Of a stretch of 64,000 nucleotides of DNA, positions 53,219 to 64,000 are shown piece by piece. The stretch spans positions 455,519 through 519,518 of the forward strand of contig CAVSEK010000004.1 in NCBI GenBank assembly GCA_963726975.1. The letters run 5' to 3'. The DNA comes from an uncultured Actinomycetota bacterium (lineage in GTDB: Bacteria > Actinomycetota > Actinomycetes > Mycobacteriales > SCTD01). The notes beneath the pieces are model-generated. The model did no database searches. It saw only the letters and a program-made list of their open reading frames with translations, and was not told where the DNA came from. Positions within the stretch are counted from its first letter, which is position 1. Each line of letters opens with the position of its first letter. Position numbers and translations under genes: made by a program.

Positions 53219-53758
53219 ATGACGACGACCTACTACACCGCGTCGAGCGTCGACGGCTTCCTCGCGGACCCGGACCACTCGCTGTCCTGGCTGCTCCGTC
53301 GCGACGTCGACCCCGCCGGACCGATGGGCTACGACGCCTTCCTGACCGGCGTGGGCGCACTCGTGATGGGCGCGTCGACGTTCCGGTGGCTCGTGGAGCA
53401 CGAGTACGCCGGCGACCCGACGTCCCGGCCGTGGCTCTACGAGCAGCCGACCTGGGTCTTCTCCTCCCGCGACCTGGTCGTGCCGCAGGGCGACGTGCGG
53501 GTGGTCTCGGGCGACGTCGCGGTGCACGCCGCCGACCTCGCGACGGCTGCGGGCGGGCGCGACGTCTGGGTGGTGGGGGGCGGCGACCTCGCCGGGCAGT
53601 TCGCGGACGCGGGCCTGCTCGACGAGGTCTGGGTGCAGTACGCGCCGGTGGCCCTGGGCGCCGGGGCGCCGCTGCTCCCCCGCCGGCTCGAGCTGCGACT
53701 GCTCGAGGTGGCGCGCAACCGCGACCTGGCGTGCGCCCGCTTCGGAGTGGTCGGCTGA
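53219..53758 (+). CDS. dihydrofolate reductase-family protein (RibD C-terminal domain-like)
   Basis: YYTASSVDGF...LVMG..TF....  ...VVGGG.L..QF...GL.DE. pattern. 179 aa. Confidence 0.82.
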   Translation: MTTTYYTASSVDGFLADPDHSLSWLLRRDVDPAGPMGYDAFLTGVGALVMGASTFRWLVEHEYAGDPTSRPWLYEQPTWVFSSRDLVVPQGDVRVVSGDVAVHAADLATAAGGRDVWVVGGGDLAGQFADAGLLDEVWVQYAPVALGAGAPLLPRRLELRLLEVARNRDLACARFGVVG

Positions 53759-53781
53759 GCCCGGGACGCGTGGCCCCGGGG

Positions 53782-53904
53782 CTACTTCCCCTTGCTCGCG
53801 GTGGCGCTCACCGCCCCGCCCGCGGGCGGGGTCTGTCCGGTGCTCTTGATGTTCTTGGCCGCCTTGGGCTTCTTGGCCGCGCGGCCGCCCTTGTCCTTGC
53901 TCAT
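53782..53904 (-). CDS. small Lys-rich basic protein (40 aa)
   Basis: GGGAG precedes ATG 53904. MSKDKGGRAAKKPKAAKNIKSTGQTPPAGGAVSATASKGK. Short, so tentative. Confidence 0.4.
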   Translation of the reverse strand: MSKDKGGRAAKKPKAAKNIKSTGQTPPAGGAVSATASKGK

Positions 53905-54086
53905 GCTGGTCTCCCGGGGCCGCGGGGCCTCCGGCGACGCCGGTCCTGCCCCGAGCCGTGCGCCCCGCCGAGGCGGGGTCCGGCCACTGTCCCACGGCCC
54001 GGCCCGCACGCACAGGGCGTCGTGCACCCGACGCGCCATCTCCGCACGCCGGGTTGAGCGCCCGTCCCGGCGAGCACCCCGGGGGC

Positions 54087-54908
54087 ATGACCACCCCTCT
54101 CGTCCACGATCCCCGCGCCGAGGCGGAGCAGGCGGACCTGCCGGAGCCCCGGGCCCGGCGGCTCCGCACGGCCAACGCCGTCCTGGCGGTGCTGCACGCC
54201 GGTCAGGCGGTCGTGGTCCTGCTGCTGAGCACCGACTTCGCGCTGACGGTCGTCGAGACGTTCCCCGAGGGACCGCCCGGGACGGCGACGCCCGCTCCCG
54301 AGCGCTGGCTGGACGTCCCGCTCGGGGCGGCGGTCGCGGCCTTCCTGCTGCTCGCCGCGCTCGACCACGCGCTGGTCGCGGCGCCGCGGGTCCACCGGCG
54401 CTACGAGCAGGTGCTGCGGCGCGGGCGCAACCCGTTCCGCTGGGCGGAGTACTCCCTGTCGGCCACCCTCATGGTCCTGCTCATCGCGCTCATCACCGGC
54501 ATCACGGACGTCACCGCGCTGATCGCCATCGCCGGCGCCAACATCGCGATGATCCTGTTCGGGCTGCGGATGGAGCGGGTCAACGACGTGCGCTCGGGGC
54601 GGGTCGACTGGGAGCCGTTCGTGTTCGGCTGCGTCGTCGGCCTGCTGCCGTGGGTGGCGATCGTCGTGTCGGTCGGCGGCTCAGCGCTCGAGGCACCGCC
54701 CGGGCAGGGCCCGCCCGGCTTCGTGTACGGCATCGTCGCCTCGCTGTTCGTGCTGTTCTTCAGCTTCGCGGTGGTGCAGTACCTGCAGTTCCGCAGGCGC
54801 GCCGGGTACGTGCGGGGCGAGTGGGCCTACCTCGTGCTGTCGCTCGTCGCCAAGAGCGCGCTGGCCTGGCAGGTCTTCGCCAACGTGCTGGTCGCGCCGA
54901 CCTCCTGA
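54087..54908 (+). CDS. heliorhodopsin (7-TM retinal protein, inverted topology family)
   Basis: Collinear with heliorhodopsin 48C12 as I remember it. Matching blocks: NPFRWAEYSLSATLM (counter-ion Glu), IAGANIAMILFG, PFVFGCVVGLLPW, PGFVYGIVASLFVLFFSFAVVQYLQF, YLVLSLVAKSALAWQVF (Schiff-base Lys). Confidence 0.88.
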   Translation: MTTPLVHDPRAEAEQADLPEPRARRLRTANAVLAVLHAGQAVVVLLLSTDFALTVVETFPEGPPGTATPAPERWLDVPLGAAVAAFLLLAALDHALVAAPRVHRRYEQVLRRGRNPFRWAEYSLSATLMVLLIALITGITDVTALIAIAGANIAMILFGLRMERVNDVRSGRVDWEPFVFGCVVGLLPWVAIVVSVGGSALEAPPGQGPPGFVYGIVASLFVLFFSFAVVQYLQFRRRAGYVRGEWAYLVLSLVAKSALAWQVFANVLVAPTS

Positions 54909-54938
54909 CCGACGCCTGGCCCCCGGGACCGCGTACGC

Positions 54939-54979
54939 CGACGGGGCGGCCCCCCTGGAGAAGGAGGACCGCCCCGTCG
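54939..54979. terminator. hairpin between the convergent heliorhodopsin and groEL genes (11-bp stem CGACGGGGCGG/CCGCCCCGTCG)
   Basis: Read directly. The loop is long (19 nt), so this is only a candidate bidirectional terminator. Confidence 0.45.
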
Positions 54980-54996
54980 GGACGAGCAGGTGGGGA

Positions 54997-56748
<1,752 letters not shown>

Positions 56749-56775
56749 TTAGCACTCGACCCCTGCGAGTGCAAG
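56749..56775 (-). promoter_or_regulatory. CIRCE (HrcA operator) copy 2
   Basis: TTAGCACTC-N9-GAGTGCaAg. Left arm perfect; right arm has 2 mismatches. Confidence 0.75.
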
Positions 56776-56832
56776 AGGGGCGCGGTGCCCCAGGATGCCC
56801 GCCGAGGACCCCTTCGACAGCGGGAGCGCAGT

Positions 56833-57597
56833 GTGGCCGAGCAGGACTTCGACGGGCGCGTGGCGCTCGTGACCGGCGGGACCCGCGGCATCGGGCTGGG
56901 CATCGCGCAGGAGCTCGTCTCGCGGGGCGCGCGGGTCGTCGTGACGGCCCGCAAGCCCGACGAGCTCGCGGCGGCGGTGGAGCAGCTCGGCGGCCCCGAC
57001 CGGGCCCTGGCCGTGCGCGGCAGCGCCGACGACGAGGCGCACCAGGCCGACGCCGTCGCGCAGGCCGTGGAGCGCTTCGGCAGCCTGGACCTGCTCGTCA
57101 ACAACGCGGCGGTCAACCCGCAGTACGGCCCGCTCGTCGACGCCGACCTCAGCGCCGTGCGCAAGGTCTTCGAGGTCAACTGCACCGCCGTCCTCGGCTG
57201 GACGCAGCAGGCCTGGCGGCAGTCGATGGACCCGGCGGTGTCCGAGCGCGGCGGCAGCATCCTCAACGTCGCGAGCGTCGGCGGGATCCGCGCCGGCTCG
57301 CCGATCGGCGCCTACAACGCCTCCAAGGCCGCCCTCATCCACCTGACCCGCCAGCTCGGCGTCGAGCTCGGGCCGTCCGTGCGGGTCAACGCCATCGCGC
57401 CGGCGGTGGTCAAGACCCGCTTCGCCTCGGCGCTGTACGAGGGCCGCGAGGACGAGGTCGCGCAGGCCTACCCCCTCAAGCGCCTGGGCGTCCCCGAGGA
57501 CACCGCCAAGGCCGCGGCGTTCCTGCTGTCCGACGACGCCTCCTGGATCACCGGCGAGACGCTCGTCGTCGACGGCGGCGTCACCCTGGGGCGGTAG
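56833..57597 (+). CDS. SDR-family oxidoreductase
   Basis: TGGTRGIG, NNAA, YNASKAAL. GTG 56833 follows GGGAG. Confidence 0.9.
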   Translation: MAEQDFDGRVALVTGGTRGIGLGIAQELVSRGARVVVTARKPDELAAAVEQLGGPDRALAVRGSADDEAHQADAVAQAVERFGSLDLLVNNAAVNPQYGPLVDADLSAVRKVFEVNCTAVLGWTQQAWRQSMDPAVSERGGSILNVASVGGIRAGSPIGAYNASKAALIHLTRQLGVELGPSVRVNAIAPAVVKTRFASALYEGREDEVAQAYPLKRLGVPEDTAKAAAFLLSDDASWITGETLVVDGGVTLGR

Positions 57598-57600
57598 GTC

Positions 57601-58401
57601 GTGACCGTCGCGGACCTGGCCGGTGCCGTCGCGCTGGTCACCGGGGGCGCCAGCGGCATCGGCGCCGCGGCCTGCCGCCGCCTGGCCTCGGCGGGCGCGA
57701 AGGTCGTCGTCGCGGACCTGGACGGCGACGCCGCCGCCGCCCTGGCCGACGAGGTCGGGGGTACGGCGGTGGCCTGCGACGTGCGCGACCCCGCCGCGAG
57801 CGAGCAGGCCGTGCAGGCCGCGCGCCGGGCGTACGGCGGCCTGGACCTGGCCCTGCTCAACGCCGGCACGACCGGGGGGTTCGGCTCCTGGGACGACCTC
57901 GACCCCGAGCGCTACCGCGCCATCACCGGGGTCAACGTCGACGGGGTCGTCTTCGGGCTGCGCGCCGCGCTCCCGGCCCTGCGCGAGCGCGGCCGCGGCG
58001 CGGTCGTCGTCACCGCCTCGCTGGCCGGGCTCTCGCCCGCGCCGGCCACCCCGCTCTACGCGCTGACCAAGGCCGCCGTCGTCGGCCTGGTGCGCTCCCT
58101 GTCCGTCGGGCTGGCGGCCGAGCGGGTGACGCTCACCGCGCTGTGCCCCGGCTTCGTCGAGACGCCGCTGCTGACCGGGATCTCGCAGCGGTTCGAGGAG
58201 GCGGGCTTCCCGCTGCTGACGGCCGACGAGGTGGCCGCCGAGGCCGTCGGGCTGGCCGTGCGCGGCGAGCCCGGGCAGTGCGTCGTGGTGCAGCCCGGCC
58301 GCGCGGCGCTGCCGTACGGCTTCCGCGGCGTCCCGGGGCCGCGCGGGCTCGCCGAGGGCGTGCGGCCGCCCACCCGCCACCGCGTGCCCGGCGTGGACTG
58401 A
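57601..58401 (+). CDS. SDR-family oxidoreductase
   Basis: TGGASGIG, NAG, YALTKAAV. Starts 4 nt after the previous SDR gene. Confidence 0.9.
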   Translation: MTVADLAGAVALVTGGASGIGAAACRRLASAGAKVVVADLDGDAAAALADEVGGTAVACDVRDPAASEQAVQAARRAYGGLDLALLNAGTTGGFGSWDDLDPERYRAITGVNVDGVVFGLRAALPALRERGRGAVVVTASLAGLSPAPATPLYALTKAAVVGLVRSLSVGLAAERVTLTALCPGFVETPLLTGISQRFEEAGFPLLTADEVAAEAVGLAVRGEPGQCVVVQPGRAALPYGFRGVPGPRGLAEGVRPPTRHRVPGVD

Positions 58402-58445
58402 CCCGGCGGGTGTCGGCGCCCCGCCCAGGGGGCAGCACGCTCGCC

Positions 58446-58856
58446 ATGACGACCTCCTCCCTGACCTCGACCGGCCTCGACGAGGACCAGGCGCGCAACG
58501 CCATCGGCGCCGTGAGCGTCGGGCTCGGGGCCCTGGCCGTGCTCGCTCCCGTGCGGACCGCCGGGGTGTTCGGCGTCGCGGCCGCGACCGGCAGCGGTCC
58601 GCTGCTGGTGCGCATGGTGGGTGCCCGCAACCTCGTCATGGGCCTGCGCACCCTGCAGGCGACCGGTGACGAGCAGAAGCGCGCCCTGCAGGCGGGGCTC
58701 GTCGTCGGGGCGGTCGACGTGGCCGCGATGGTGCTGGCAGCGGCCAAGGGTCGCGTGAGCAAGGCCCGGGCGGCCGTCGCGATCGCCGTCCTGGCCGCCA
58801 TCGCGGCCGCCGGGGTGGCCGCGCTCGACGGGGACGTCGAGCTCGACCTGGGCTGA
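58446..58856 (+). CDS. small membrane protein (136 aa)
   Basis: ATG 58446 in frame with track ORF 56769..58856. Four Ala/Gly/Val-rich helices. Confidence 0.55.
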   Translation: MTTSSLTSTGLDEDQARNAIGAVSVGLGALAVLAPVRTAGVFGVAAATGSGPLLVRMVGARNLVMGLRTLQATGDEQKRALQAGLVVGAVDVAAMVLAAAKGRVSKARAAVAIAVLAAIAAAGVAALDGDVELDLG

Positions 58857-58963
58857 GCCTCCGCGGACGGTCGTCCACAGCTCGGCCCCCCGCCTGGCCG
58901 GGCGACCGGGTCAGGGGTGAGGATGCAGACCCCGGGTAGTGCCGGGGCCTAGGAGGTACGGAC

Positions 58964-61900
58964 GTGGGGCTGAAGGACACCTTCCTCGGCTGGCCGCTCA
59001 TGCGGCAGCTGACGGGCGAGGACCCGCTGGGACGCGGGGCCGCTGCGCAGTCGGCGCGCTCCGCCGCGACCCAGCCGCGGACGAAGACGGCCGACCGGGT
59101 CGTGCAGAGCGTCTGCCCGTACTGCGCGGTGGGCTGCGGCCAGAAGGTCTTCGTCAAGGACGAGAAGGTCGTCCAGATCGAGGGCGACCCCGACTCCCCG
59201 ATCAGCCGCGGCCGGCTGTGCCCCAAGGGCAGTGCCAGCGAGCAGCTCGTCAACAGCCCGACCCGCGTCACGACGGTGAAGTACCGCGCGCCCTACGCCA
59301 CCGACTTCGTCGACCTCCCGCTCGACCGGGCGATGGAGATGGTCGCCGACCGGGTCAAGGAGTCGCGCGACCGCACCTGGCAGGACGTCGACGACCAGGG
59401 CCGCAAGGTCCGGCGCACCCTCGGCTTCGCCAGCCTGGGCGGAGCGACGCTGGACAACGAGGAGAACTACCTCATCAAGAAGCTGTTCACCGGTCTGGGC
59501 GCCATCCAGGTCGAGAACCAGGCCCGCATATGACACAGCGCCACCGTCCCCGGTCTGGGGACCTCGTTCGGTCGCGGCGGCGCCACCTCGTTCCTGCAGG
59601 ACCTGCAGAACGCTGACTGCATCGTCATCCAGGGCTCGAACATGGCCGAGTGCCACCCGGTCGGGTTCCAGTGGGTGATGGAGGCGAAGGCGCGCGGCGC
59701 GAAGGTGATCCACGTCGACCCGCGCTACACGCGCACGTCCGCCGTGGCCGACCAGCACGTGCCCCTGCGGGCCGGCAGCGACATCGCTTTCCTCGGCGGC
59801 ATCGTCAACTACATCCTGCAGAACGACCTGCACTTCCACGACTACGTCGTCAACTACACCAACGCCCCCACGATCGTCGGGGAGGACTTCCAGGACACCG
59901 ACGACCTCGACGGCCTGTTCTCCGGCTACGACCCGGAGACCGGCACCTACGACGCCGAGACCTGGTCGTACGAGGGGCACGGCGTGCACGCGGCGGCCGG
60001 CAACACCCGACGCCCGACGGTGGCCCCCGCGCACGAGGAGCACGACCCGTCCGAGGCCGCCCGCAGGCAGGGCGGCACCCAGGGCGACGACCAGAGCGGT
60101 GCGGACAGCAGCAGCGGCGACGCCGAGTCGTCCTCGGTGAGCGGTGCCGACGGCGGTGAGTCCTCCTCCTCGGAGAAGGACCGGGCCTCCGGGCACGAGC
60201 TCGGCGGCCGGGGGGCCAACCTCGACCACTCGCAGGTCGAGCGCGACGAGACCCTGCAGCACCCGCGGTCGGTCTTCCAGGTGCTCAAGCGGCACTACTC
60301 CCGCTACACGCCGGAGATGGTGGAGCAGGTCTGCGGCGTCCCCGTGGAGCAGTTCCTGCAGGTCTGCCGCGCCGTCACCGAGAACAGCGGCCGAGAGCGC
60401 ACCACCGCCTGGGTCTACTCGGTCGGCTGGACCCACCACTCGGTGGGCGTGCAGTACATCCGCGGCTCGGCGATCGTGCAGCTGCTGCTGGGCAACATGG
60501 GCCGGCCGGGCGGCGGCATCCTCGCCCTGCGCGGGCACGCCAGCATCCAGGGCTCGACCGACATCCCGACGCTGTTCAACATCCTGCCGGGCTACCTGCC
60601 GATGCCGAAGGCGGGCAAGCACGACACCTACGCCGACTACCTGGGCGCGGTCGCGAGCCCGGGCCAGAAGGGCTTCTGGGAGTCCGCCCCGGCCTACACC
60701 GCCAGCCTGCTCAAGAGCTACTGGGGCGACGCGGCGACGCCGGAGAACGACTTCGCCTTCGACTACCTCCCGCGCCTGACCGGCGACCACGGGACCTACC
60801 AGACGGCGTTCGACATGAACGACGGGAAGGTCGACGGCTTCTTCGTCGTCGGGCAGAACCCGGCGGTGGGCTCCGCACACGGCAAGCTGCAGCGCCTCGG
60901 CATGGCGAAGCTCAAGTGGCTCGTCGTGCGCGACCTGCAGCTCATCGAGAGCGCGACCTTCTGGAAGGACGGGCCCGAGATCGAGTCCGGCGAGCTGAGG
61001 ACCGAGGAGATCGGGACCGAGGTCTTCTTCTTCCCGGCCGCGACGCACGTGGAGAAGGCCGGCAGCTTCACCCAGACGCAGCGCCTGCTGCAGTGGCGGC
61101 ACAAGGCGGTGGAGCCGCCGGGCGACGCCCGCAGCGAGCTGCACTTCTACTACCACCTGGGCCGGCTGCTGCGGGAGCGCTACGCGGGCTCGACCGATCC
61201 CAAGGACCGGCCGCTGCTCGACCTCACCTGGGACTACCCGCTCGAGGGCCCGCACGACGAGCCCGAGGGCGAGTCCGTGCTGCAGGAGATCAACGGCCGC
61301 CACCTCACGGGGGACAAGGCCGGGCAGTACCTCTCGTCCTTCACCGAGATGAAGGACGACGGGTCGACCTCGGGCGGCTGCTGGATCTACTGCGGGCTGT
61401 ACGCCGACGGGGTCAACCAGGTCGCGCGGCGCAAGCCCGGCTCGGAGCAGAGCTGGGTCGCGCCCGAGTGGGGCTGGGCCTGGCCGATGAACCGCCGCAC
61501 GCTCTACAACCGCGCCTCGGCCGACCCCGACGGCAAGCCGTGGAGCGAGCGCAAGGCCTACGTCTGGTGGGACGAGGACAAGGGCGAGTGGACCGGCCAC
61601 GACGTGCCGGACTTCCCCAAGACCAAGGAGCCGGGCTACCGCCCGGAGCCCGGTACGGGTGGCGCCGCCGGCCTGGCCGGCGACGACCCGTTCATCATGC
61701 AGGCGGACGGCAAGGGCTGGCTGTACGTGCCGACCGGGCTGCTCGACGGGCCGATGCCGGCGCACTACGAGCCGCACGAGTCGCCGGTCGACAACCCGCT
61801 CTACCGCCAGCAGGCCAACCCGACCCGCCAGGTGTTCAAGCGCAAGGACAACCTGAGCAACCCGTCGGGCGGGGCACCGGGGGCCGACGTGTTCCCGTAC

Positions 61901-62401
61901 GTCTTCACGACCTACCGGCTCACCGAGCACCACACCGCGGGCGGGATGAGCCGCTGGCTGCCCTACCTGTCCGAGCTGCAGCCGGAGTTCTTCTGCGAGA
62001 TCTCGCCGGAGCTGGCGAAGGAGCGCGGGATCGAGCACCTGGGGTGGGCGACCATCGTCACCGCGCGCACGGCCATCGAGGCGCGGGTGCTCGTCACCGA
62101 CCGCGTCGTGCCGCTGCACGTCGGCGGCGGGGTCGTGCACCAGATCGGACTGCCGTACCACTGGGGCGTCGGCGGGGACGCCATCGTCAGCGGCGACTCG
62201 GCCAACGACCTGTTCGGGCTGGCGCTGGACCCGAACGTGCACATCCAGGAGTCCAAGGTGGCCTCCTGCGACATCCAGCCCGGCCGGCGACCGCGCGGCC
62301 CCGCGCTGCTGCGCTTCGTCGAGGAGTACCGCAGCCGGGCCGGCATCACGGTCGAGACCGGCAACACCAAGATGACGGCTGCCGCCGAGGGGACCGCGTG
62401 A
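58964..62401 (+). CDS. formate dehydrogenase alpha subunit (FdnG/FdoG-like molybdopterin enzyme), selenocysteine-containing (in-frame TGA 59531-59533)
   Basis: AGGAGG precedes GTG 58964. 4Fe-4S CPYCAVGCG. ENQARI-[TGA]-HSATVPGLGTSFGRGGAT parallels E. coli QARV-U-HGPTV. Track ORFs 58964..59533 and 59642..62401 are in the same frame. Confidence 0.9.
59531..59562 (+). promoter_or_regulatory. Sec UGA plus SECIS hairpin
   Basis: Stem GTCCCC/GGGGAC (59546-51 / 59557-62) with loop GGTCT. Counting from the U of UGA, G23 and U24 occupy the same positions as in the E. coli fdhF SECIS loop (GGUCU). A CAC codon follows UGA in both. Confidence 0.75.
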
Positions 62402-63453
62402 GCACCTCGTACTACGGACCCCTGCCCGACCCCGCCGCCGACGCCGGCTGGGTGGAGGACAAGAAGCCCCGCAAGGGGTTCTTCACCGACACCTCGATCT
62501 GCATCGGGTGCAAGGCCTGCGAGGTCGCCTGCAAGGAGTGGAACGCCGTCCCCGACGACGGGATGCAGTTCCTCGGGTCGTCCTACGACAACACCGGGGC
62601 GCTCGGTGCGAGCACCTGGCGGCACGTGAAGTTCATCGAGCAGCCCAAGCCGCTCGGCGCCCAGCAGGCCGGCATCGAGGGCACCCCCGTCGGGCCCGCC
62701 GCGACCGACGTGCTCAACCGCACCGCCGACAGCGCGCTGTCCGGCGAGCGGCTCGGCCTGGGCACCGAGATGGCCCAGGTGCAGCTGACCGGCACCCTGG
62801 CGCCGGTCGACCTGGGGATGCCGACGACGACCCTGCCGGGCCAGGCCGACGGGGCTGCCCGCACGGAGTTCCGCTGGCTCATGGAGTCCGACGTCTGCAA
62901 GCACTGCACGCACGCCGCGTGCCTGGACGTCTGCCCCACCGGCTCGCTGTTCCGCACCGAGTACGGCACCGTCGTCGTGCAGGACGACATCTGCAACGGC
63001 TGCGGGTACTGCGTGCCCGCCTGCCCGTTCGGGGTCATCGACCGCCGGATCGGCGAGAAGGGCGTGACGCCCAACGTCGGCATCGCGCAGAAGTGCACGC
63101 TCTGCTACGACCGGATCGGCGACGGGCTGCAGCCGGCCTGCGCCACCGCGTGCCCCACCCAGTCCATCCAGTACGGCGACGTCGACGAGCTGCGCGAGCG
63201 GGCCCAGGAGCGGGTCGACGCGCTGCACGAGGCCGGGGTGCACGACGCCCGGCTCTACGGCGAGAGCTCCCACGACGGCGTCGGCGGGCTCGGCGCGTTC
63301 TTCCTGCTGCTCGACGAGCCGGAGGTCTACGGCCTGCCGCCGGACCCGGTCGTCACCACCAAGGACCTGCCGACGATGTGGAGGAAGGCCGCGCTCGCCG
63401 CCGTGGGCATGCTCGCCGGCGCCGTCGCCGTCTTCGCGGGGAGCCGGCCGTGA
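62398..63453 (+). CDS. formate dehydrogenase beta subunit (4x[4Fe-4S], FdnH-like) with C-terminal TM anchor
   Basis: GTGA overlap with alpha. CIGCKACEVACKEWN, CKHCTHAACLDVCP, CNGCGYCVPACP, CTLCYDRI...ACATACP. Confidence 0.92.
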   Translation: MSTSYYGPLPDPAADAGWVEDKKPRKGFFTDTSICIGCKACEVACKEWNAVPDDGMQFLGSSYDNTGALGASTWRHVKFIEQPKPLGAQQAGIEGTPVGPAATDVLNRTADSALSGERLGLGTEMAQVQLTGTLAPVDLGMPTTTLPGQADGAARTEFRWLMESDVCKHCTHAACLDVCPTGSLFRTEYGTVVVQDDICNGCGYCVPACPFGVIDRRIGEKGVTPNVGIAQKCTLCYDRIGDGLQPACATACPTQSIQYGDVDELRERAQERVDALHEAGVHDARLYGESSHDGVGGLGAFFLLLDEPEVYGLPPDPVVTTKDLPTMWRKAALAAVGMLAGAVAVFAGSRP

Positions 63454-64000
63454 CCTCCCCCCAGGAGTCCAGCAGCGCCCAGCGGGCGACCGGCACCGGC
63501 GGCCCCAACACGGTCACCCGCACCGGTCCGGCCGCGCCGCGCGGCGCCGAGCAGGCCGTGCCCGGGCAGGCCGGTGGGCGCACGCCCGGGCGGCGCAAGA
63601 AGGGCGACAAGAACGCCGTCGTGCCCGACGCGGAGTTCACCTCCTACTACGGCCGCCCGATCCTCAAGGCCAGCCCGTGGGAGAAGGACATCCCGCTCTA
63701 CCTGTTCCTCGGCGGCCTGGCCGCCGGCTCGTCGCTGCTCGGGGCCGGCGCCGACCTGTCGGACCGGCCCGCGCTGCGCCGCACCGGCCGGCTCGGCGGC
63801 ATGGTCGGCATCCTCATCAGCTTCGCCGCGCTCGTGCACGACCTCGGCCGCCCGACCCGTTTCGTCAACATGCTGCGGGTCGCCAAGCCGACGTCGCCGA
63901 TGAGCGTCGGCACCTGGATCCTCACGGTCTACGGCCCGCTCGCCGGGCTCGCGGGCGCAGCCGAGCTGCGCGGCCTGCTGCCCCGCAAGCTGTCGTGGGC
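63450..64000 (+). CDS. NrfD/PsrC-family membrane subunit (partial; runs off the window)
   Basis: GTGA overlap with beta. My translation gives ...YYGRPILKASPWEKDIPLYLFLGGLAAGSSLLG...LVHDLGRPTRFVNMLRV.KPTSPMSVGTWIL, typical of NrfD. Absent from the ORF track because there is no stop in the window. Confidence 0.8.
   Translation, partial: MTSPQESSSAQRATGTGGPNTVTRTGPAAPRGAEQAVPGQAGGRTPGRRKKGDKNAVVPDAEFTSYYGRPILKASPWEKDIPLYLFLGGLAAGSSLLGAGADLSDRPALRRTGRLGGMVGILISFAALVHDLGRPTRFVNMLRVAKPTSPMSVGTWILTVYGPLAGLAGAAELRGLLPRKLSW

Noticed and set aside
59531-59533. An in-frame TGA splitting the formate dehydrogenase alpha gene, which could be read as a nonsense mutation or pseudogene.
   Set aside because: The TGA is at the canonical Sec position, followed by His and an fdhF-like SECIS hairpin. 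I interpret it as selenocysteine recoding.

Overview
Very GC-rich (by eye over 70% G+C) actinobacterial chromosomal segment with about 65 genes on both strands. I saw no rRNA, CRISPR array, transposase or integrase. All family assignments come from motifs I recognise in the translated ORF track; no database search was run.

Gene content in order: a partial membrane protein, tRNA-Arg(CCT), an ergothioneine egtB-egtD pair, a CPD photolyase, an EamA exporter, a sugar-type ABC importer (two permeases and a lipoprotein SBP), and a NOX-like ferric reductase / FMN-bind / ApbE flavinylation operon. Then WS/DGAT, UdgX, an SDR, a glycosylase-annotated conserved protein, a DUF222-HNH nuclease behind a perfect SOS box, an MFS transporter, pdxH, citA, serC, an SPFH protein, DUF6328, a second MFS, MarR and an NCS2 purine permease. 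Then GMC oxidase plus ALDH, an ABC-2 exporter, DUF3027, a cold-shock protein, LarE, an ABC exporter, a WYL helicase-associated protein plus XPB helicase, and a sugar porter. Then a scramblase / F420-LLM / anchored-protein operon, AKR, VOC, stress proteins, a second SOS-box DUF222-HNH gene, a DHFR-like protein, a heliorhodopsin, groEL with two CIRCE operators, two SDRs, and a selenocysteine formate dehydrogenase (alpha with UGA+SECIS, beta, NrfD-type membrane subunit, the last running off the window).

Major caveat: many genes can only be read by hopping between frames, mostly at G/C homopolymer runs. The density is extreme between about 20.9 and 27.4 kb. Codon bias and protein motifs are preserved on both sides of each hop, so I suspect indel sequencing or assembly error rather than real gene decay, but I cannot prove that from the sequence alone.

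Most notable items: the heliorhodopsin, two leaderless LexA-box-controlled DUF222-HNH genes (one carrying several in-frame tandem repeat arrays), UdgX, the Sec-FDH with an E. coli fdhF-like SECIS, the flavinylation module, and the XPB/WYL pair. I did not find a clearly new multi-gene system; the candidates are listed with honest scores.
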